In this document: one piece after another, positions 8,365-14,658 of the stretch
How positions within the stretch are numbered: position 1 is the first letter of the stretch
Layout: every line of letters starts with the position of its first letter
Assembly (NCBI GenBank): GCA_016839515.1
Contig: JAEOUE010000153.1
Coordinates: 1-14,658 of the forward strand
Direction of reading: 5' to 3'
Source of the DNA: Candidatus Hodarchaeum mangrovi
Lineage (GTDB): Archaea; Asgardarchaeota; Heimdallarchaeia; Hodarchaeales; Hodarchaeaceae
DNA: 14,658 nt
The notes under the pieces: generated by a model
The model's input: the letters and a program-made list of their open reading frames with translations, nothing else
What the model was told of the DNA's origin: nothing
The model's database searches: none
Made by a program: the position numbers and the translations under genes

Positions 8365-10052
8365 TGGATTTGAAAGAATTAGCGGAAAACTTCTGGGAAG
8401 ATGTCAAAGAACGAGGTTATTATATTATAACAGTGATACTATTAATTCTAATCCCATTTTTTCTCGTGGCACCACCTAGTAACATTCCAGGATTTGATAT
8501 CATTTATAATGGAGCGAAATTTCCAGTAATTAGTGAAATATACGATTTTTCTCGTCAAATAGGTCTATTTGGTTCAAATACTTGGTTTCTCAGGATACTT
8601 TCCCTTTGCGCAATCTGGGCCATATTTGCTGCTTCTTGGGATTTCCTTTCAGGATATAGCGGCCAGGTTAGTTTCGGTCATGCAGCTTTCTGGGGATTTT
8701 CAGCTTATGTTGCTTTCTGGGTTGCAGCCGGTTTTAATGTAGGAATACCAGTTTTTCAGTTTAATATACCAATAATTGATGATGTCCTCTTTTTTATTAT
8801 ATCAACTCTTAATGAAGTTCTTATTTTTTTTCTGGGTCAAAGATTTGTTCTTGATCCTATTTTTGCCCTTCTTTTTGGAGGTTTTGTTTCCGCTCTTCTT
8901 GCTGTATGTATAGGAATCATTGCTTTACGCGTTAAAGGATTTTATCTTGCTTTATTAACATTAGTAATCCCTTTGATTTTTAATTCGCTTGCCAATTCTT
9001 TTAAAGAATTAACAGGAGGTAATAATGGACTTTCCAGTGATGTTACTCGAGTCGTACCACTTCCTCCTTCAGGACCTCTATTTCGTGAGACTTCTGCCCT
9101 AAATTTCTATATTTTTGTAATTTTAGTGTTCTTTATTGCAATTGGAATAATGATGTTAATAGCTTACTCTCGAATAGGACTTGCTTTTCAATCTATTCGT
9201 GAGGATGAAGATGCTGCCGAATCTCTTGGTATAAATGTCCGTAATTATAAGATTTTAGCTTTTACTATAAGTGCTTTTTTTGCTGGAATTGCAGGGGGAT
9301 TATATGCCCAATGGTTTGGTTATGTATCCCCTACCTATCTAGAAAGCGCTGCGTCTTTTAATGTAATAATTATGGTTGTTATAGGAGGTGTGGGAACGAT
9401 TTCAGGGGGAGTTGTTGGAGCTTTTCTATTAACGTTGCTTGTGAATATTTTTCTAAAGAATATTTTTAGTGGGGTTCACGGCCTAGATATGCTTTCGTTT
9501 GGTTTGTTATTGATCATTACCCTACGCTATATGCCATTCGGGCTTACTCGTGCAAAAAAGGATCAAAAAAGAGCTGTTGTTCTAGGGATTTTATTAGCAT
9601 TAATATGGACGATCCTACCAAGTGGTAAAGGTTGGGGAATGGATCTTTTTTCATCTGTCTTACCAACTAGTGGATCATCAACAGATCTCATAAGTAAGCT
9701 AATATCAATAGCAGTTTCAGCTATTCTGACCATAGTAGGCAAAATTGACTATTTGGGTCAAATGGTTACATCTCTTACACCAGATAATATCTTTGTATTT
9801 ATTTTACTCCTAATAATGTTTATTATTTCTATTCCAGCCATCCTTGTCTTCCTAATTGGTGAAATTATTGGACTATTTTTCCTTCAGGGGATTTTAGGAA
9901 TGAATTTAGGGTCTGCGTTAATAAAAGCCAAGTTTCTAATTTATACTTGTATAGGAATTCCATTTGCTTTCTATCTTCCAAAGATCTTCAAAGCACTTAG
10001 ATTAAGATATTGGGGTGTTTGGCCTTCTGCTGGCCGATATGAACCCGATTAA
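8364..10052 (+). CDS. livM: HAAT/Liv-family ABC permease, LivM-like, with C-terminal multi-TM extension (562 aa)
   Basis: SWDFLSGYSGQVSFGHAAFWG, LRVKGFYLALLTL, LTGGNNG, SRIGLAFQSIREDEDAAESLGIN, GGVGTISG and MPFGL motifs. TAATG 1-bp overlap with livH indicates translational coupling. Confidence 0.88.
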   Translation: MDLKELAENFWEDVKERGYYIITVILLILIPFFLVAPPSNIPGFDIIYNGAKFPVISEIYDFSRQIGLFGSNTWFLRILSLCAIWAIFAASWDFLSGYSGQVSFGHAAFWGFSAYVAFWVAAGFNVGIPVFQFNIPIIDDVLFFIISTLNEVLIFFLGQRFVLDPIFALLFGGFVSALLAVCIGIIALRVKGFYLALLTLVIPLIFNSLANSFKELTGGNNGLSSDVTRVVPLPPSGPLFRETSALNFYIFVILVFFIAIGIMMLIAYSRIGLAFQSIREDEDAAESLGINVRNYKILAFTISAFFAGIAGGLYAQWFGYVSPTYLESAASFNVIIMVVIGGVGTISGGVVGAFLLTLLVNIFLKNIFSGVHGLDMLSFGLLLIITLRYMPFGLTRAKKDQKRAVVLGILLALIWTILPSGKGWGMDLFSSVLPTSGSSTDLISKLISIAVSAILTIVGKIDYLGQMVTSLTPDNIFVFILLLIMFIISIPAILVFLIGEIIGLFFLQGILGMNLGSALIKAKFLIYTCIGIPFAFYLPKIFKALRLRYWGVWPSAGRYEPD

Positions 10053-10071
10053 ATATCTGGAGAATAATAAA

Positions 10072-10851
10072 ATGTCACTTAATACTTCCAAAGCTACTGA
10101 AAGTAGTTCAGAAGATCATGCACTTATCGTGATTAAAAACCTAAGTAAATATTTTGAAGGACTAAAAGCTGTTGATCAAGTTAATTTTTCTATCAATACT
10201 GGAGAACTTGTAGGGATTATTGGACCAAATGGAGCAGGGAAGACTACACTGTTCAATCTATTAACTGGATTCTTAAAACCAACTGAAGGAGAAATCGTAT
10301 TTGATGGGAAAAATATTGCTGGTTGGCCACCATTTAAAATTGCAAAATTAGGAATAGCAAGAACGTTTCAACTAGTAAGACCTTTTAAATATCTAGATGC
10401 CTTACAAAATGCCATGGTTCCACATATTCCTAAAAATATGTTCAAAAAATCCTCAACTCTCCGAAATAAAGCTATTTGGTCCTTAATAACAGTTGATTTA
10501 GCTGAAAAAAAGAATTATCCAGCATTTATTTTACCCCATGGGGACTTGAAAAGACTTGATTTAGCAAGATCTTTTGCTGTACAACCTCGTCTTCTCTTAT
10601 TAGATGAGCCATTTTCAGGACTTAGCTTCGAAGAAGCTTTTCGTGTTCAGCGTTTGATACGTGATGCCCATGAAAAGGGAATGTCAATAGTTATTGTAGA
10701 ACATAAGCTTAAAATCTTGATGCAGCTAGTTGAAAGAGTCTTGGTACTTGATCAAGGAAAGTTGATTGGTGAAGGATCCCCTAAAAGTATTGTGAATAAT
10801 GAAAAAGTTATTAATGCTTATTTAGGAACAGAGGCGAAAAATTATGTCTAA
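10072..10851 (+). CDS. livG: HAAT/Liv-family ABC ATP-binding protein, LivG-like
   Basis: Walker A GPNGAGKTT, GIARTFQ Q-loop, LPHG signature variant, Walker B LLLLDEP, VEH and C-terminal VINAYLG. The start was moved from 10015 to the ATG at 10072, which has a GGAGA RBS at 10059-10063 and avoids overlap with livM. Confidence 0.92.
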   Translation: MSLNTSKATESSSEDHALIVIKNLSKYFEGLKAVDQVNFSINTGELVGIIGPNGAGKTTLFNLLTGFLKPTEGEIVFDGKNIAGWPPFKIAKLGIARTFQLVRPFKYLDALQNAMVPHIPKNMFKKSSTLRNKAIWSLITVDLAEKKNYPAFILPHGDLKRLDLARSFAVQPRLLLLDEPFSGLSFEEAFRVQRLIRDAHEKGMSIVIVEHKLKILMQLVERVLVLDQGKLIGEGSPKSIVNNEKVINAYLGTEAKNYV

Positions 10852-11617
10852 ATCATCCAATACTCATCTCCTTGAGCTTCAGGAAGCAAGCGTACATTAT
10901 GGTCGTGCTATTGTACTAGCTTCAATCTCTATCAAAGTAGATAAAGGTGAATTAGTTGCTATTATAGGCCCCAATGGAACAGGAAAATCAACACTTCTTC
11001 GAGCAATCTCAGGTCTTGTAGAACTCGAAAGAGGTAAAATATTTTTTGAAGATAAGCTTATTGCAGAGTCAACCAAGAGTCAATTTCGAAGATTGGGTAG
11101 AAATAAGTCCCTTAAACCTCATAAAATTGTTGAATTAGGCATTATTCATTGTCCAGAAAGAAGAAGACTTTTTACTGAATCTACTGTACGGGATAACTTA
11201 TATCTAGGCGCTTACGCCATTAACGACGAAGAATTCGTTGAAAATGCATTGAAGACAGTATTTAAATTATTTCCAATTTTAGAGGAACGATTAGATGAAA
11301 AAGCTGGAAATTTTTCAGGAGGCGAGCAACAGATGTGCGCGATTGCACGTTCATTGATGGGAAATCCAAAATTACTCTTACTTGATGAGCCTAGCTTAGG
11401 ATTAGCTCCTATGGTCAAGCAAGCCATTGTTAACGCGATCAAAGAAATTCAAAAAACTGGTACAACTATTTTATTAGTTGAACAGGATGCAAGCATCGCT
11501 TTAGATATTTGTGATCGTGGATATTTATTAGAAGATGGAAGAATCGAGATAGAAGGGGCAAAAAATGAATTATTAAGTAATCCACATATTAAAGAAGCCT
11601 ACTTGGGAATTATGTAA
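10844..11617 (+). CDS. livF: HAAT/Liv-family ABC ATP-binding protein, LivF-like
   Basis: GPNGTGKST, PERRRLF, FSGGEQQM, LLLLDEPSLGLAP, LLVEQ (LivF-type Q at the H-loop) and KEAYLG. 8-bp overlap with livG. Confidence 0.93.
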   Translation: MSKSSNTHLLELQEASVHYGRAIVLASISIKVDKGELVAIIGPNGTGKSTLLRAISGLVELERGKIFFEDKLIAESTKSQFRRLGRNKSLKPHKIVELGIIHCPERRRLFTESTVRDNLYLGAYAINDEEFVENALKTVFKLFPILEERLDEKAGNFSGGEQQMCAIARSLMGNPKLLLLDEPSLGLAPMVKQAIVNAIKEIQKTGTTILLVEQDASIALDICDRGYLLEDGRIEIEGAKNELLSNPHIKEAYLGIM

Positions 11618-11820
11618 TATTTTCCTTAAAAAATAAAATTAATCAATGAAAACAGTTATTAGCTAATATTAGCTTGTTAATTCACTATTCAAAGGATTTA
11701 AAGGGAATCATTCAAATAAATTCAGCCTTTTACTGGCAAATGGATGTTATAAGATCTTCTATATACTCTCTATATGTATAAACCATCTTTTTTGTATGCT
11801 CTTCACTCGATTGAAAGCTA

Positions 11821-11934
11821 GTAGTTCAGTACGATTGAGTAACCGACAAAAAGGTTGGTTCTCAAAATTAGATTTCCTTAATAGAAGGATTTCAGTGAAT
11901 TGTCGGTGGCACTTCACTTGTAGTACCTAACTAT
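11821..11934. ncRNA. Candidate structured RNA element (three hairpins closed by a basal stem); family not recognised
   Basis: Hand-identified pairings: 11835-11865, 11875-11889, 11894-11918 and a closing stem 11821-11832/11923-11934. I recognise no known riboswitch consensus in it. Confidence 0.3.
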
Positions 11935-12029
11935 ATAATATTCATTTTGTCCCAAAATAACCTGGTTGAATTTTGTAATTCAAATGGAGAAAAGGTAGTA
12001 AGCTTTCGTTTTATAGGAGATACTAATTT

Positions 12030-12731
12030 TTGAGTCAACCATTGATTTGGGTAGATGGAATAATTGGTGTAGGCAAAAGCACTACTGTCACTAAACTAGG
12101 TCAATCTCTTAATTTTCATATTTTCCCCGAGCCAGTAAATGAAGATTTACTTAAAATTTATTATCAAGATCAGTCACGCTGGGGATTTGCGTTTCAGATG
12201 AATATGTTAAATCAACGTTTTTATCTGTATTTAGAAGCAGTCAAACAAGTATCTAACGGTCGAGGAGTAATTATGGACAGATGTTTACCAGGTGATCGTG
12301 TTTTTGCTCAAATGCTTCATCAAAGTCACAAAATTCATGATGTTGAATGGGCAATTTATGAAAACTCCTATAACTCTTTTATTAATTATTTACCACCACC
12401 TAATCTATTAATATTTCTCGAAACGACCCCTCTCAATGCTTTTCGAAGAATAAAAAAGAGATCTCGCGAAGCTGAAAATTCAAACTTTTTACCCCTTGAA
12501 TATCTCGAAAATCTATATCAGGAATATCAGAGATTTCTTAAACAAATACTTTCAGGAAATCATCCTTGGAGTTCGAAAATGGAAGTCTGGGTATTAGATT
12601 GGAATAAAGATTGGCTTCCTCTTGAACCTATTGTTACCGAAATTCAAGAACTATTTTGTGGTGAAAATAGAGTTAAATCAGCTTTAATTCCTCAAAATAA
12701 GGATTCAATTATCTCAAATCTGTCTAATTAA
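12030..12731 (+). CDS. Deoxynucleoside kinase (dNK; dCK/dGK/dAK family)
   Basis: P-loop DGIIGVGKST, catalytic EP, YYQDQSRWGFAFQ, DRC...DRVFA, PNLLIFL, lid RIKKRSREAE and YLENLYQEY. TTG start with AGGAGA RBS at 12015-12020. Confidence 0.9.
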   Translation: MSQPLIWVDGIIGVGKSTTVTKLGQSLNFHIFPEPVNEDLLKIYYQDQSRWGFAFQMNMLNQRFYLYLEAVKQVSNGRGVIMDRCLPGDRVFAQMLHQSHKIHDVEWAIYENSYNSFINYLPPPNLLIFLETTPLNAFRRIKKRSREAENSNFLPLEYLENLYQEYQRFLKQILSGNHPWSSKMEVWVLDWNKDWLPLEPIVTEIQELFCGENRVKSALIPQNKDSIISNLSN

Positions 12732-12879
12732 CCCCTAAAAATGTTTAGCAATAAAATGTAGTTCATAGATATCAAGATTAACAGTCTGTTATTTATGAAA
12801 TTCGCAGGTATCTATTTTTATATTCAGCTTCTGAATGTTTTGACATCTAAGTTCTAAACAAGTAACATGAGGTTGAATT

Positions 12880-13743
12880 TTGCAGGATTTTGTTGTAGAC
12901 CTTTTAAGTGAGGAAAGTAATCTTTTTGGTGTAAAGGTATTTGTTAAATCGATGAATTTTGCTAAATACTATGGAAATGAATCTGAAATCATAGATTGGA
13001 TAATGAAAAGCATTAAAATGTTTTTGAAGGCTGAAAATTTTATTGGGGTGGGGATTAAAGGCAATATAAACACTAAAAATAGTAATTATGTCGGATTTGC
13101 GTCATTAATTCCTGTGAAAAACTCAGGTTGGATTCCTTATGTAGGAGTAAGTCCAGAATACCAAGGATTGGGTCTAGGTAAACAGTTAATGCACAGAATT
13201 TTTGAAATAGCTGAAAAACTGCAATTAAAATCTATTGAACTCTGCTCATCCCAAAAAGGAGTTAATTTTTACAGATCACTTGGTTTCGAGAGTAATTACC
13301 CAGTTTCTGGATATGATGTTAAAGAAACATGGAAAAAACCTTCAAAAGAGTTACATATTGACACTGAAATACCTGAATGGGTCTATCAAATGGATCAAGA
13401 GGTTGGAGGGATTGATCGGAGGAAACTCTTTCATATTCATAATTATAACCAAATTATGATTATCAACGAACCTTATCATGGATATGGTATTTTATATAAA
13501 ACAAGAATAGGACCTATTATAGCGGATTCTCTCGAATTAGCCCAAGAAATTATTTTAAAGGCCATAGAATTAGGAGCAACATCCTTAGTTTTAGTTGAAG
13601 ATTCTCCTATAAAGAAAGCAATTCATGATGTTGTTGGTCTTACTCCACAACCATTAGTTGCTAGCATCAAAATGACTTATGGAATCCCACTCAATCAAGA
13701 CTTAACTAAAATTTTTGGTTTGAGGAGTGTTGCTTATGGGTAG
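12880..13743 (+). CDS. GNAT family N-acetyltransferase, YitH-like (GNAT plus degenerate second domain)
   Basis: Acetyl-CoA motif A VGVSPEYQGLGLGKQLM and G..FYRSLGF. C-terminal D...G.DR and RIGPIIAD motifs. TTG start with GAGGTTGA RBS at about 12869-12876. Confidence 0.85.
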   Translation: MQDFVVDLLSEESNLFGVKVFVKSMNFAKYYGNESEIIDWIMKSIKMFLKAENFIGVGIKGNINTKNSNYVGFASLIPVKNSGWIPYVGVSPEYQGLGLGKQLMHRIFEIAEKLQLKSIELCSSQKGVNFYRSLGFESNYPVSGYDVKETWKKPSKELHIDTEIPEWVYQMDQEVGGIDRRKLFHIHNYNQIMIINEPYHGYGILYKTRIGPIIADSLELAQEIILKAIELGATSLVLVEDSPIKKAIHDVVGLTPQPLVASIKMTYGIPLNQDLTKIFGLRSVAYG

Positions 13744-13748
13744 TTTTA

Positions 13749-14427
13749 TCATTCAGTCGATATTTCTCTTTGAATGACTTTTAAGACATTATTTAAAAGT
13801 TCATTGTAAACTAAGTGAATGGAATATATTATCTTCAAAAAATCAAACAATAGACTCATTTCCAATTTATTTTTGGCAATAAAATCTTCATTATCAGTTA
13901 AACATTTTTCTAATTTCCTATAATATACTTCTTGCATCTCAATTAATTGTTTGGGAATTTCATGAAAATTCTCTGGAAGTTTTAATCCTTTTAAATCGCA
14001 AACTTCTGAAATTCATTGAACTATATTTGATACTTTTCACAGGTATCATGAGTACTGGTTAAAAATAGATTTCTCGCTACTCTCCCAAAGTATTTAGTCT
14101 TATTTCTACGATATGGCCCTTCTTGGAGAATTGCTACTATTTCAATTAAACCTAATTCTAGTAGTACATCTATATGAAAGTATATGGTTGTTTTTAACTA
14201 CTTTTAATTAATCCTTTATCTAATTCTTTACTTATTTCGGCCACATTCAAGGCATATCATCTGCTAGAGGCACCATCAGAAGAAAGCTCTTGCTTTCCTT
14301 TTTTTAATATTTTTCTTATCTCCCTTCTAACTGGATGTGAAAAATATTTTTCTTCTGGAACTGTTATAAATTGAAATGATGGAATGTTTAACCAATAATC
14401 AAACAATTTTTGCTTTTCATCGGTCAT
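13749..14427 (-). pseudogene. Disrupted winged helix-turn-helix (ArsR-like) transcriptional regulator
   Basis: Manual translation from the ATG at 14427 gives MTDEKQKLFDYWLNIPSFQFITVPEEKYFSHPVRREIRKILKKGKQELSSDGASSR*YALNVAEISKELDKG, then a frameshift near 14200, then KTTIYFHIDVLLELGLIEIVAILQEGPYRRNKTKYFGRVARNLFLTSTHDTCEKYQI*FNEFQKFA. A second frameshift near 13995 leads into LKGLKLPENFHEIPKQLIE and the 62-aa ORF 13937-13749. Internal stops are TGA at 14259-14257 and TAG at 14023-14021. Confidence 0.8.
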
Positions 14428-14639
14428 TCAATACCATCCATGTAGCTTTGAGTTTAATTATAGGTTAATAGTGTAAATATTACGAGTATAGTTTATTGAA
14501 TTTGTCCAAAACATAAATTATTTATACAATTTTACGCTTTGAATCATCCTTGAAAACAAATGAAATAACGATTTGGGATATGATCGAAACGTAAAATTAG
14601 TAAATAATTTTCCTCAAAAAAATAAATGAAGTGACTAAG

Positions 14640-14658
14640 ATGAAATTTAAGTTATTAG
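14640..14658 (+). CDS. Possible start of a gene running out of the window (MKFKLL...), perhaps a signal peptide
   Basis: ATG at 14640 preceded by SD-like GAAGTGA (14628-14634). Only 6 codons are visible. Confidence 0.3.

Noticed and set aside
10015-10071. Longer livG start given by the ORF track
   Set aside because: It overlaps livM by 38 bp, whereas the ATG at 10072 has an RBS and gives a normal length.
11758-11917. About 53-codon GTG-started minus-strand ORF overlapping the structured element
   Set aside because: No RBS, no motif, and a length within chance expectation.
13235-13459. 74-aa alternative-frame ORF in the GNAT
   Set aside because: Nested out of frame in a supported CDS with no recognisable features.
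14021-14259. Stop-codon recoding (selenocysteine TGA or pyrrolysine TAG) in the HTH gene
   Set aside because: The gene also has two frameshifts, the stops are of two different types, and the TGA sits where Arg is plausible. Pseudogenisation is simpler.
1-14658. CRISPR arrays, tRNA/rRNA, IS elements, integrases
   Set aside because: No regularly spaced direct repeats, no tRNA T-loop or D-loop signatures (including in the cloverleaf-like 11821-11934 element), and no transposase or recombinase motifs were seen.

Overview
AT-rich archaeal DNA. Archaeal origin is supported by GGTGA/GAGG-type Shine-Dalgarno sites, BRE+TATA-like promoters, T-tract terminators and a Thr-rich PGF-CTERM anchor. The protein style suggests an Asgard archaeon (Heimdallarchaeia/Hodarchaeales-like), which is inference only. 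The core is a long-chain acyl-CoA ligase transcribed divergently from a five-gene HAAT/Liv-type ABC importer with a C-terminally anchored, glycosylated binding protein and two unusually enlarged permeases. One permease carries an apparent internal tandem duplication. A surface-anchored double beta-propeller lies downstream of the ligase, and together these genes look like a fatty-acid or organic-acid scavenging module. The window also holds a 5'-truncated conserved hypothetical protein (RYLWTDAF family), a deoxynucleoside kinase preceded by a candidate four-way-junction RNA with mutually exclusive pairings, a YitH-like GNAT, and a winged-HTH regulator pseudogene (2 stops, 2 frameshifts) that the ORF track misses. 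No rRNA, tRNA, CRISPR array or mobile element was seen.
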